Of a DNA stretch of 64,000 bases, positions 1-9,376 are shown in pieces. The translations under genes were made by a program, and so were the position numbers. The DNA lies in the IMG/VR virus record IMGVR_UViG_3300044846_003474, positions 44,261 through 108,260 of that record. One strand, given 5' to 3'. The stretch comes from a virus (lineage: Duplodnaviria > Caudoviricetes). The notes under the pieces were generated by a model. That model was not told the DNA's origin and did not search any database. It saw only the letters and a list, made by a program, of their open reading frames with translations. Position 1 is the first letter of the stretch; each line of letters begins with the position of its first letter.

Positions 1-632
1 CCCTTTAATGCTTGATCATATATATCATAATAAATCGGGTCATAACCATTTGGTGTTGAAACCACAATTACTTTACCCCCTGTGGATAAAGACGCCATAC
101 AAGCCGCCCAAAAATCACCATCCGCTTCAATAAATGCGGCTTCATCAAATACAAGAATTGTGGGGGTAAAACCACGCAAGGCATCTTTTGATGTTGCTAC
201 CGCCTTTACCTCAGACCCATTTGTTAATTTATAGTGTTTTTGTGAATTTTTATCATTTGAGAATCCCGCACCAACCCAACTTGGCCATTGATCAACAAAC
301 GTACGTATTTTATTTGCCATTTCCATTGATGTATCCAATTTGTTGGCAATAATAAGGATTTTTTCAGGTTGTGTTTTTTTAGCAAATACCAACCTTTTTG
401 ATATCCACGCACCTGTTACCGTAGACACACCCGCCTGACGATATTTTAACGCAATATTCTCTTCATATTCCTCATAGTCATTTAATAACGATATCTGATC
501 GGGAAATAACTCCAATGGTACGTATTTTGAAACTGTATTATCGTATGTTTGTAGATATGTTTTTAATGCGTATGGAGTATCTTTCATACACTTCACATAT
601 TCCAACATTACCTGTTCTTTAGTTAAACCCAT
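1..632 (-). CDS. terL: Terminase large subunit (T4 gp17-like), 5' part; runs off window
   Basis: Not in ORF track; manual translation MGLTKEQVMLEYVKC...LKYRQAGVST (Walker A) ...LRGFTPTILVFDEAAF (Walker B) ...VSTPNG (motif III). Confidence 0.9.
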   Translation of the reverse strand, partial: MGLTKEQVMLEYVKCMKDTPYALKTYLQTYDNTVSKYVPLELFPDQISLLNDYEEYEENIALKYRQAGVSTVTGAWISKRLVFAKKTQPEKILIIANKLDTSMEMANKIRTFVDQWPSWVGAGFSNDKNSQKHYKLTNGSEVKAVATSKDALRGFTPTILVFDEAAFIEADGDFWAACMASLSTGGKVIVVSTPNGYDPIYYDIYDQALK

Positions 633-645
633 AAGACATTTATAT

Positions 646-652
646 ATAAATA
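646..652 (-). promoter_or_regulatory. TATTTAT putative phage late promoter (example; recurs upstream of dozens of genes)
   Basis: Same heptamer 5-25 nt before ATG on the coding strand, e.g. 4840-4846(-), 10756-10762(-), ~14100(+), ~27457(+), ~29899(+), ~39785(+) and most genes in 42-64 kb. Confidence 0.7.
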
Positions 653-656
653 TCAA

Positions 657-688
657 AACCCCCAGTTATTTTAATAAAAGGGGGTTTT
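657..688 (-). terminator. Intrinsic terminator
   Basis: AAACCCCC...GGGGGTTTT hairpin downstream of 707..2077. Confidence 0.6.
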
Positions 689-706
689 AAGTATTTGTAG
701 TTTAAT

Positions 707-2077
707 TTAGAAACCTAATTTAGATAAGATATCATCATCTTCATCCTCATCTTCATAGTCTTCATCGTCCCCATCACCTTTATATTTTTTGTAATCTTCT
801 TTCGCCTTAACTAATAATTCATTGAATTTTCGTTTTGCTTTATCATTATCTCTTGGGTCTTCAGAAACAACATTAGCCATAATTTCTTTTAAGAATTCTT
901 CAGCAGGAACTGCATAAAGTAATCTTTCAAAGAATGGTAATAAATCTCTATTTTCAATATTTATCGTTAAATCGTCAGGTAAAAGGAATCTTAATTTTGT
1001 GATTAATTCTCCACCTACTCTAAATTGCATTGGTTCATTTGAAAATACATCTGTTTGTCCCATCACATCTTGAGCCTTTCCTGGTTCCATACCTCTCCAT
1101 TGTTCTCTTGTTGGTATTGCGGCAAAACCTTTAACTAACTCATGTAATAAAATAGGAAATATAACACCATTTGCAATAACTAAGTCTTTGTCTTCATCTT
1201 CACCATCTTCATCAACACCTGATGATCCAGCGGCACTACCACCCATAGCTTCAATTAAATCCTCATCGGTAAAATACATTAAGTCATTTGCCGACATAAT
1301 TTTATTATAAAGTGGGTATAAACGAGGATCAATTTCATCTAATCTATCTTTAAATGCTTGGAAAGCAAATTGACCTTTTTTACCTTTACCTTGAATAATT
1401 GCGTTAATAACATTTCTTTTTTCAACCTCAAGTTGGAATTCTTCTTGTGGAGTTAACTCATCAACATCAAACGAGAAATTTGAAGGAATTTCAAATTCAG
1501 GCTCCTCTTCCTTTTCCATTTGGAATTCGTTAGGGTTAATTCTTTTTTCGTTTAAAAATACCTCAACGTTAATAAATTCAAATTTATACTTTGTTCCAGC
1601 TCCGTTTGATGGTTCTTTTTCAATCAATCCCTCATCCATTGCATCTTCCAAAGTTTTACTATATGGTAACCAACCTTCTTCTTTAGCCGAAATTTCTAAG
1701 GCTAAATCTTTTAATTCGTCTTTTTTAGGTGATTCAATTCCCATAACTTCTCTTACCGCATTCAATTGTTCAACTTGAATCCCGTGTTTAACTCTTGGAT
1801 CAGTAATATTAATACCCTTATTTGGTCTACCTTGATCATCAACCATACCATAATAACGTTTAACGTAATCTACAATATCTTTAAATCGTTTTGATGTTAT
1901 TTTTTCAACATCAGACGTACCACCTCTAAAGGCTTTATTTTTACCATATAAGTTTTTTTCAGGATTCTCAATATTACTTTGAGTTTTTGGATCCATTCTT
2001 TCAGGATAATCTCCATAATCAACAGGAGCTTCTTTAATAACCTTATTAATTAAATGTTGTATATATTTATCTTTCAT
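707..2077 (-). CDS. Hypothetical phage protein, acidic
   Basis: 456-aa ORF next to terminase; LINKVIKE N-terminus; ILLHELVKG segment; acidic tail. Confidence 0.75.
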   Translation of the reverse strand: MKDKYIQHLINKVIKEAPVDYGDYPERMDPKTQSNIENPEKNLYGKNKAFRGGTSDVEKITSKRFKDIVDYVKRYYGMVDDQGRPNKGINITDPRVKHGIQVEQLNAVREVMGIESPKKDELKDLALEISAKEEGWLPYSKTLEDAMDEGLIEKEPSNGAGTKYKFEFINVEVFLNEKRINPNEFQMEKEEEPEFEIPSNFSFDVDELTPQEEFQLEVEKRNVINAIIQGKGKKGQFAFQAFKDRLDEIDPRLYPLYNKIMSANDLMYFTDEDLIEAMGGSAAGSSGVDEDGEDEDKDLVIANGVIFPILLHELVKGFAAIPTREQWRGMEPGKAQDVMGQTDVFSNEPMQFRVGGELITKLRFLLPDDLTINIENRDLLPFFERLLYAVPAEEFLKEIMANVVSEDPRDNDKAKRKFNELLVKAKEDYKKYKGDGDDEDYEDEDEDDDILSKLGF

Positions 2078-2079
2078 TA

Positions 2080-2961
2080 TTATTTAGTTAAAGCCTGTTT
2101 AATTAATCCAATAAAATCTTTTTTCATTTCATCCTTAGTTTTTATTTGTCCTCTTGGTTTTTCTTTTGTACCAGGGTTTGGATTCTTAAATGGATTGTCT
2201 CTTCTTTTTGGTGGAGTTTTAATTCCAGGATCTTTTACGGGAGCCTCTCTTTCTTTAGTATTCTCCTCCATTGTTCCCATAATTGGCATTCCCATTGTTG
2301 GTCTTTTCATACGTTTCATTTCAATTCCTGATTCTTTTGAAAACATAGTATTTTTTAATGGTTTTCTCAATATCATAGAATCTTGTGATTTTTCATTAAT
2401 AGTACGAATTAAATCACCTTTACTCATTCTAGGACTAATATTTTTTTCAATCAATCTAACAATACTTTCTTCTATAAATTTTTCATCAGATTCATTTTTT
2501 TCTTTTTTTTCAGGTGTTGTTTCATAGTCGGTTTTTTTAGAAGATTCTTTTGCCCATTTACACCATTTTTTTTCTGTTTTTGTTTTACCATTACCACATC
2601 TTGCGTAGAACAATCTTTGTTGTGATTTGGATTCAAATTTTTCAAAAATACCCATACCATCTTCGGTAGCATCTGGGTCGTTAACAACATCTAATGTTGC
2701 GTCTTCACCAATTTCAGTCGCTTTAACCATTCCAGTTGGGTCAACTTTTATATTAACATTACCAATATCGGCTCCTGTTGTTTTTGCGGTTTCAGGAGAA
2801 ATCTCATAAGTTGTTGCCACTTTTTTTGTGACTTGTTCTTTATTTTCCTCTTTAGAAATTTTCTCAGATAACACTCTTACCTGTGCCTCATTTAATCTTG
2901 CAACGGTGTCAAATTTAAACCCGTGAGATAATAAGTTTAAAACGTGATCTTTAGTTTTCAT
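2080..2961 (-). CDS. Hypothetical head-region protein with many [IL]xE sites
   Basis: Likely start MKTKDHV; FESKSQQRLFYA basic module; LNEA, IEES, INEK, MEEN sites. Confidence 0.7.
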   Translation of the reverse strand: MKTKDHVLNLLSHGFKFDTVARLNEAQVRVLSEKISKEENKEQVTKKVATTYEISPETAKTTGADIGNVNIKVDPTGMVKATEIGEDATLDVVNDPDATEDGMGIFEKFESKSQQRLFYARCGNGKTKTEKKWCKWAKESSKKTDYETTPEKKEKNESDEKFIEESIVRLIEKNISPRMSKGDLIRTINEKSQDSMILRKPLKNTMFSKESGIEMKRMKRPTMGMPIMGTMEENTKEREAPVKDPGIKTPPKRRDNPFKNPNPGTKEKPRGQIKTKDEMKKDFIGLIKQALTK

Positions 2962-3358
2962 ATACCACTTTTTTTTCAAATTCAAGAACGATATCTCGTT
3001 CATATAGTTTATCTTTTACGTCTTGTTCTGAATCACCAAATTTAAATACTAATCTTTTGACGATTGAGAAATCAACATTGTTATTCTCTTTTTCCCACCC
3101 TAATGCTAATACACCATCCATTGAGTCTATAACTGAAAAAACATCAGAGTCTTGTACTAACTCCAATGTTATCTCCCCGTTAGTCAAAATCCCAACTCGT
3201 TTAATATATTCAACATCAGGAGGAAGTGGGTAACCATTTGCAGGTTTTGACTCCCAATTTTCACCCCAAACTTCTAATGTGTCTGAGAATATAAATTCAT
3301 AAAGGTTGTCACCCTTATAATTAGGACCCATACCATTTATGTAAATTAATTTATTCAT
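2951..3358 (-). CDS. Hypothetical phage protein
   Basis: 135-aa ORF overlapping both neighbours (translational coupling). Confidence 0.75.
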   Translation of the reverse strand: MNKLIYINGMGPNYKGDNLYEFIFSDTLEVWGENWESKPANGYPLPPDVEYIKRVGILTNGEITLELVQDSDVFSVIDSMDGVLALGWEKENNNVDFSIVKRLVFKFGDSEQDVKDKLYERDIVLEFEKKVVYEN

Positions 3359-4806
3359 ATAACTTGTCCGTTTGGTGTTATTCTAAATTCTTTAATTCCT
3401 TCTTTAAATACCAAATTTTTCTTAACGGTAGATCCAACTAAAATTGCTTTTGGATTTTCTTCCATAAACTTTAAAGAAGATCTTTCTTGTTTAATAGATT
3501 CTGATAATTTATAAACTTCTTTTTCGTTTAATTTTTTTAAAGTTTGTTTTTGTTTTTGTTCTTTTATTAATTTTTCATTTTTGTCAACCGAAAAATAGTT
3601 TGAAATAATTTTATCTACTTTAGACTCAGTAAAAAGATCCTCAAATGTTTCTTCATCATCATATCTTCTAAATTTTTCTCTTGATCCGTGTCTTGGGTAT
3701 TCATTTTCATACTCATTATATTCTTCATCATCAAATTCATTCATTAAATTATCTGACATTTTTGATGTGTATGCCGCTCCAAGATAATCATTAAATGCTC
3801 CTCCGAAGTTATCATATTCTTCACCCATCTCAGTTTCAGGTTGTGGTTCAGTTACTTCACCTTCCATTCCTTCTCCTTCTGTGTCCATTTCTTCACCTTC
3901 CATTCCTTCTTCCTCACCATCAATTTCTTCTTCTTCACCTTCCAATCTTGAGATTATATCTTCAACATCATCTTCTTCCAATGTTGTTAAATCAAGTGCC
4001 GATAAAATTGAATTGATTACGTATTTTGTATCATTTGAACTCATTTCTTCTTGACCAGTATAAGTTCTAATTTTTTGAGCTAATTTACCTGTAAGTTTTT
4101 GAATTATTTTAAATGTAACTTCCTCTTCAGTTGCCGGTTCCTCTTCAGGTATTGGTACTTCATCAGTCATTGGTACTTCTTCAGGTGCAGGTGCCGCAGC
4201 AGGATCAGGGGCAGGTGCCGCAGCGGGATCAGGAGCAGGTGCAGGTTGTGGCGCTAATAAAGGATCTAATGCGGGGTCACCTTGTTCTTCCATTGGTTGT
4301 GGAGTTGGTGGTGCCGCAACAGGAGGTGCCGCAACAGGAGGTGCCGCAACAGGAGGTGCCGCAACAGGAGGTGCCGCAATTGTTGTTGTGGTAGTTGTTA
4401 CAGGTTGTTTAGATGTGGAAATTACGTATTTAGTGTCTTTTTTTTTTTCACCCTCTTGTTCAAAAAGAGAAGTACCACTTTCGTTACCGTGTAGTTGATT
4501 GAACTCCCTCGCCATCAAGTTCATTTTCTTCAACGCTTGAGAATAAGAAGAATAATATCTTCTATTTTTCATAGGTGCAATATAATCAGAAACTGATTCA
4601 GATATCGTTTGTTTAATAATATACCCTTGTCTTTCTTTAATTATTTCATATGTGTTACCATCAGACAAAGACAACTTATATTCAGATGATTTGTCTTCAT
4701 TTCTTGGTGTTGGTATATTTTCTTTGTATCTGGCAATTTCCATAATTCTACGGATCTTGTCCATACCGTCTAATTTCTCACTTCCAATAGGTTTTAATCC
4801 TCCCAT
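3355..4806 (-). CDS. Acidic Pro/Ala-rich protein, possible prohead core/scaffold-like
   Basis: Very acidic, AAPPV repeats, many xxE|S/Q sites (ISES, LFEQ, FTES, LSES); TATTTAT upstream. Confidence 0.6.
   Translation of the reverse strand: MGGLKPIGSEKLDGMDKIRRIMEIARYKENIPTPRNEDKSSEYKLSLSDGNTYEIIKERQGYIIKQTISESVSDYIAPMKNRRYYSSYSQALKKMNLMAREFNQLHGNESGTSLFEQEGEKKKDTKYVISTSKQPVTTTTTTIAAPPVAAPPVAAPPVAAPPVAAPPTPQPMEEQGDPALDPLLAPQPAPAPDPAAAPAPDPAAAPAPEEVPMTDEVPIPEEEPATEEEVTFKIIQKLTGKLAQKIRTYTGQEEMSSNDTKYVINSILSALDLTTLEEDDVEDIISRLEGEEEEIDGEEEGMEGEEMDTEGEGMEGEVTEPQPETEMGEEYDNFGGAFNDYLGAAYTSKMSDNLMNEFDDEEYNEYENEYPRHGSREKFRRYDDEETFEDLFTESKVDKIISNYFSVDKNEKLIKEQKQKQTLKKLNEKEVYKLSESIKQERSSLKFMEENPKAILVGSTVKKNLVFKEGIKEFRITPNGQVI
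4307..4379. repeat. 15-bp tandem repeat x5 encoding AAPPV
   Basis: ggaggtgccgcaaca repeated within CDS 3355..4806. Confidence 0.9.
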
Positions 4807-4882
4807 ATCATATTTGTTTTTAAAATATTATTTTTCTATATAAATATATCGATAAATAGGTTTATTTGTTGGTTTTATTTTA

Positions 4883-5620
4883 TTATTGTTTCATTGATAG
4901 TTTTTTATCAATAATTTTAGTTGGTAGGTCGTATAATTTTTCAATATAACCATTTCTTCTAAGGAGTTTAAATACCAAATTTTCTAAAGACATTTCACCA
5001 CCTTTTTCTAATCCACAATTTCTAAAATTTTTTAATTTTTCTTTATATTTTTTTACAATATTTTTTATTTCTTCAGGGTCTTCGTCTTCTATGTTGTCAA
5101 CAACACCATCAATAATTCTCATCCATTGTTTGGATCTTTCTTTAATTAATTCTTTGTCTATAGTTTCTTTATTAATTTTTTTAGGTTCATTAATCCACAT
5201 ATCATAAAGAATTGAATATACCCCACTACTAAATGCTTCTGTGTTTTCATCTTGAACAAAACACTCAACATCATACCCAAACATATTTATATTATGTTTT
5301 TGGTTAAAAATAATTTTTTTCAAATCAAAAAATTCTAAATACAAATCTTTGGTGTTTTCAGAAAATTGATTAAAATTTACAACAATATGTAAATCTATAT
5401 CTGAATATTTTGACCAATTATAGTTAACAAGAGACCCAATCATAATTATGTCGGTGATAATAACATCAACACCTAATGAATCAATAAAAATATTTGAGGT
5501 TTCTAAAAGTTTTTTTCTAACTTCAGATTTTATAATATAAGATTTACCATCTTTTTCCCAAACTTTTGAGTTGAGGTTATCTTGTATTTTAAAACTGTTA
5601 ATTAATTCTGCATCCATCAT
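4883..5620 (-). CDS. Pol-beta-superfamily nucleotidyltransferase
   Basis: IGSLVNYNWSKYSDIDLH (GS...DxD) and downstream VECFVQD. Confidence 0.8.
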   Translation of the reverse strand: MMDAELINSFKIQDNLNSKVWEKDGKSYIIKSEVRKKLLETSNIFIDSLGVDVIITDIIMIGSLVNYNWSKYSDIDLHIVVNFNQFSENTKDLYLEFFDLKKIIFNQKHNINMFGYDVECFVQDENTEAFSSGVYSILYDMWINEPKKINKETIDKELIKERSKQWMRIIDGVVDNIEDEDPEEIKNIVKKYKEKLKNFRNCGLEKGGEMSLENLVFKLLRRNGYIEKLYDLPTKIIDKKLSMKQ

Positions 5621-5644
5621 ATATAAATACAACGTTATTATAAA

Positions 5645-5890
5645 TTAACTTATCTTATTGTACTTGTATTTTTTTGCAATTTGTAAATTAAAGTAATTAC
5701 CCTGAGATGGTGCGGATCTAAATTCCGTATATGATTGATGTGGTACATTATCATATTCATACTTAACCCCATTTTTAAATTCCACAATTAATTTTTTTGT
5801 TGCGGTATCATATTCACTTCTTACAACATTAGACGATTGAACCTCGTTCAATATCTTTGTACCAATATATTCTTCTTTTAAGATTGCCAT
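5645..5890 (-). CDS. KTSC domain protein
   Basis: VQSSNV...YD...LIVEFKNG..YEY.NVP...F.SAPSQG.YFN..I pattern. Confidence 0.85.
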   Translation of the reverse strand: MAILKEEYIGTKILNEVQSSNVVRSEYDTATKKLIVEFKNGVKYEYDNVPHQSYTEFRSAPSQGNYFNLQIAKKYKYNKIS

Positions 5891-5927
5891 AATATTTTTA
5901 TTTTAAATATATTTCTATAAATTAAAA

Positions 5928-5949
5928 AATCCACCCTTTTGGGTGGATC
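5928..5949 (-). terminator. Intrinsic terminator
   Basis: ATCCACCC-tttt-GGGTGGAT hairpin with T-run on minus strand. Confidence 0.7.
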
Positions 5950-5953
5950 TTAA

Positions 5954-6325
5954 TTATTTTAACTTGTTTATCTGATCACGATACTCAATGGACTTTTCAA
6001 ATTCTTGATTCTTTATTGATTCGTCTAATTTAGATTGTAGTTCAAATATTTTTTCTTTATTCTCCTCCAATTTTTTTATCTTATCTCGTAACTCAACAGC
6101 TTCCTCAAAATTTTGATCTTCTATTGCCAAAATTAATTTATCTTTTAAATCAATCAAATCATCACCTTCAGTTTTACGAGTCATGTAGGTATAGGAAAAA
6201 GATCCATCTGAGGATTTATAGGTTTTTTTAGTCCAATTCTTATCATCTAAAAATGATGAACTTAAACTCATTCGTTCTGAGAACATTTCATTAAAAATTT
6301 TATCAAAATTTCTAAAATTAAACAT
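5954..6325 (-). CDS. Tandem UVR (UvrB/C coiled-coil) motif protein, candidate ClpC adaptor
   Basis: AIEDQNFEEAVELRDKI and SIKNQEFEKSIEYRDQI; divergent from clpC. Confidence 0.75.
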   Translation of the reverse strand: MFNFRNFDKIFNEMFSERMSLSSSFLDDKNWTKKTYKSSDGSFSYTYMTRKTEGDDLIDLKDKLILAIEDQNFEEAVELRDKIKKLEENKEKIFELQSKLDESIKNQEFEKSIEYRDQINKLK

Positions 6326-6372
6326 AGTATTATTTTTTATAGTTTATTATTTATACTTTTTTTTACTAAATA

Positions 6373-6435
6373 TGTGCCAAACCATAAAATATGACAAAAT
6401 GTCAGTTAGTATTTTTTTACCATGACAATTTGTCA
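6373..6435. promoter_or_regulatory. Two TGACA-N3-TGTCA palindromes plus sigma54-like TTGGCAC element
   Basis: TGACAAAATGTCA 6392-6404; TGACAATTTGTCA 6423-6435; TTGGCACA on minus strand 6373-6380. Confidence 0.6.
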
Positions 6436-6487
6436 AAAGGTATACTTTTTAAACTTGATTTACTATTTTTTAATAAAACAAAAAGAT

Positions 6488-8548
6488 ATGATTGAATTTA
6501 TGGATGAAAACGATAAAGGTAAAAAAAAGACCGATGGGGGAACACCAGTTTTAGATAACTTTAGTAAGGACTTAAATAAATTGGCAAGTGAAGGAAAATT
6601 AGATCCTGTAATTGGTCGTGAAAAGGAAATTTTTAGAATTGCACAAGTATTATCTCGTAGAAAGAAAAATAACCCAATAATCATTGGTGAGCCAGGTGCG
6701 GGTAAAACTGCAATTGTTGAGGGACTTGCAATGATGATACATAATGGTCAATGTCCAAAAAATTTATCAGATAAAAGAATCGTATCTTTAGATATTAACT
6801 CTATTGTTGCGGGTACAAAATATAGAGGTCAATTTGAGGAAAGAATGAAGATTATCATTGAGGAACTTCAAATGGCCCCAAATATCATCATCTTCATTGA
6901 TGAGATCCACACAATGGTTGGTGCTGGTAATAGTTCAGGTTCTTTAGACGCATCTAACATATTCAAACCTGCATTATCTCGTGGTGAACTTCAATGTATT
7001 GGGGCAACAACTTTAGATGAGTATCGTAGACATTTTGAAAAAGATGGAGCATTAGAAAGAAGATTCCAAAAAATTGTTATTGATCCATCTACCAAAGAAG
7101 AAACCTTTGAAATCCTTAAACAAAGTAAGGGTAAATATGAAGAACATCACAAAGTTAACTATACTGATGAGGCATTGTTATTATGTGTAGAATTGGCAGA
7201 TCGTTATATCACAGATCGTGAATTTCCTGATAAGGCGTTTGATATTTTGGATGAGGTTGGATCAAGAATGCAAATTGACATTAAACTTCCTGAAATTATT
7301 GAAAAATTAAAACAGGATGCTCAAGACATTAAAAAAGAAAAGGTAAATGTCATTAAAAAACAAAACTACGAACAAGCAGCAGAATTACGTGATAAAGAAC
7401 GTAAAATTTTAACTGATTTGGAAAACGAAAAGAAAAAATTTGACAATGAACTTAAAACAAGTAAACGTGGTATTCCAGAAGAGATAATTTATGAGGTAGT
7501 TTCAAATATGACTAAAATACCTGTAAGTAAGATAAATATTGATGAGAAAAATTCTTTAGTTAATTTAGAATCAACATTAAACACTAACGTTATTGGTCAA
7601 GAAGAAGCCGTTGGTAAAATATCTAAATCAATTAGAAGAAATCGTGTTGGAATTAAAGATCCAAATAGACCTATCGGTTCATTCATCTTTTTAGGGTCTA
7701 CAGGTGTTGGTAAAACATTCTTAGCAAAACAATTAGCAAAAGAAATATTCGGTAGTGAGGATAATCTTATCCGTGTGGATATGTCCGAATACCAAGAAAA
7801 ACACACAATATCAAGATTAATTGGATCTCCTCCAGGATATGTAGGACACGAAGAAGGTGGACAACTTACAGAACAAGTTAAAAACAAACCTTATTGTGTT
7901 ATTTTATTTGATGAGATTGAGAAGGCAAATAAAGATATATTTTCAACGTTATTACAGATGTTAGATGATGGACATCTAACTGATGGGTTAGGTAGAAAGA
8001 TCAATTTCAAGAATTGTTTGATTATCATGACATCTAACATTGGTGTTAGAAAATTACAAGACTTTGGTACAGGTGTTGGTTTCAAATCAAGTAACTCAAG
8101 TGAAGTTGTCCAAGAAGAACAAAAAAGAGATGTTCTTAAAAAAGAACTTAGTAAATTTTTCGCCCCTGAATTTTTAAATAGAATTGATGATGTTGTTATA
8201 TTTAACTCTCTAAATAAAGATAACATTGATAAAATTGTAAAATTAGAAATTGATATTTTAGTTAAAAGACTAAAATCTATGAAGTATAATTTCACATATG
8301 AAAATTCAATAATTGATTTAATTTCAAAAGTTGGTTTTGATGAGATATTTGGGGCAAGACCAATTAAAAGAGCAATTCAAAATAAAATAGAAGATTTAAT
8401 ATCTGAAAAAATCTTAACAGGTGAAGTTACAGAAAACAAAGATTATAGGTTATTTGTTAAAACAGAAAATGATGAACAAATAATTGATCTTGAAGAAAAA
8501 GTAATAATGGAACCTAAGAAAAAAGTTAGAAAGAAAAAGGGAGAATAA
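6488..8548 (+). CDS. clpC: ClpC-family AAA+ ATPase lacking the N-terminal repeat domain
   Basis: GEPGAGKT/IFIDEIH and GSTGVGKT/LFDEIEKA; UVR middle domain YEQAAELRD; GVGF ClpP-docking loop; likely start MIEF. Confidence 0.92.
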   Translation: MIEFMDENDKGKKKTDGGTPVLDNFSKDLNKLASEGKLDPVIGREKEIFRIAQVLSRRKKNNPIIIGEPGAGKTAIVEGLAMMIHNGQCPKNLSDKRIVSLDINSIVAGTKYRGQFEERMKIIIEELQMAPNIIIFIDEIHTMVGAGNSSGSLDASNIFKPALSRGELQCIGATTLDEYRRHFEKDGALERRFQKIVIDPSTKEETFEILKQSKGKYEEHHKVNYTDEALLLCVELADRYITDREFPDKAFDILDEVGSRMQIDIKLPEIIEKLKQDAQDIKKEKVNVIKKQNYEQAAELRDKERKILTDLENEKKKFDNELKTSKRGIPEEIIYEVVSNMTKIPVSKINIDEKNSLVNLESTLNTNVIGQEEAVGKISKSIRRNRVGIKDPNRPIGSFIFLGSTGVGKTFLAKQLAKEIFGSEDNLIRVDMSEYQEKHTISRLIGSPPGYVGHEEGGQLTEQVKNKPYCVILFDEIEKANKDIFSTLLQMLDDGHLTDGLGRKINFKNCLIIMTSNIGVRKLQDFGTGVGFKSSNSSEVVQEEQKRDVLKKELSKFFAPEFLNRIDDVVIFNSLNKDNIDKIVKLEIDILVKRLKSMKYNFTYENSIIDLISKVGFDEIFGARPIKRAIQNKIEDLISEKILTGEVTENKDYRLFVKTENDEQIIDLEEKVIMEPKKKVRKKKGE

Positions 8549-8562
8549 CCTCCCTTTTTTTA
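8536..8562. terminator. Bidirectional intrinsic terminator
   Basis: AAAAGGGAG...CTCCCTTTTT between convergent genes. Confidence 0.7.
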
Positions 8563-8563
8563 T

Positions 8564-9349
8564 TTAGTGTTTTTCGTAACCTAATTCCTCAATCATCATC
8601 TTACCAACTTTAATTCCATTGTAAGTGTCCTCTACGACCACATATTCGTTTCTTGTATGGTAGTTGTAGTATCCAATAGATATATTGAAACACGGGATGT
8701 TAAACATAGTTCTAATTGGGTAAATGTCTGTGTAAGGATGTTTGTGATATTTCGTATCAGATGGAAAGTGTTCTGTAATCAATCGTCCACCAACTTCAAA
8801 GAATTTACTATCACGATCAAACATACTTCTTCCCATCAAGAACTCAGAAATCATATTATTCTCAGGAGCGTCAAATTGAATCCCATAACCAACATTTGTG
8901 AAAAACTCAGGATCCGCCTTAAATGAACCTTTACAACCTGTTTCCTCAGATACAAAAAACGCAGCTTTTAAATTAGGTAGTTCATTCAACAATTCCAAAC
9001 AACCGTACACACCACATTTATCGTCACCACCAATACCTGTTGGTTCGTCATTGTCGTTATACGCTTTTAATGATAATTTTACATTGCCCTGAGCGTCAGG
9101 TAACATTTCTTCAAATACATTAATTGTATCAATGTTATGTACCGTATCGGTATGTGCCATCACACAAGGGAAATATGATACGTTTTCATCGGTTTGTTTT
9201 GTTGCATAAATGTTTGACATTTCGTCAACATAAAAGGGAATATTGTTTTTGGTCAACCAATTTGTGATAAATTGAACCATTCTTTCTTCCTGATAAGTTT
9301 TAGTGGGTACAGATAATACCTCCTTCAATAATTCATAATTTCGTTCCAT
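8564..9349 (-). CDS. M28/M20-family zinc peptidase
   Basis: AHTDTVH, GGDDK, EETG, QFD and C-terminal YHT..E metal-binding motifs. Confidence 0.8.
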   Translation of the reverse strand: MERNYELLKEVLSVPTKTYQEERMVQFITNWLTKNNIPFYVDEMSNIYATKQTDENVSYFPCVMAHTDTVHNIDTINVFEEMLPDAQGNVKLSLKAYNDNDEPTGIGGDDKCGVYGCLELLNELPNLKAAFFVSEETGCKGSFKADPEFFTNVGYGIQFDAPENNMISEFLMGRSMFDRDSKFFEVGGRLITEHFPSDTKYHKHPYTDIYPIRTMFNIPCFNISIGYYNYHTRNEYVVVEDTYNGIKVGKMMIEELGYEKH

Positions 9350-9376
9350 AACACAAATATAGACAATTAATTTGAA

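Noticed and set aside
224-412. 62-aa ORF in the track
   Set aside because: Out-of-frame shadow inside the terminase gene
4131-4494. Plus-strand ORFs with EVPQQ and RRCRN repeats
   Set aside because: Antisense readings of the AAPPV tandem repeat in 3355..4806
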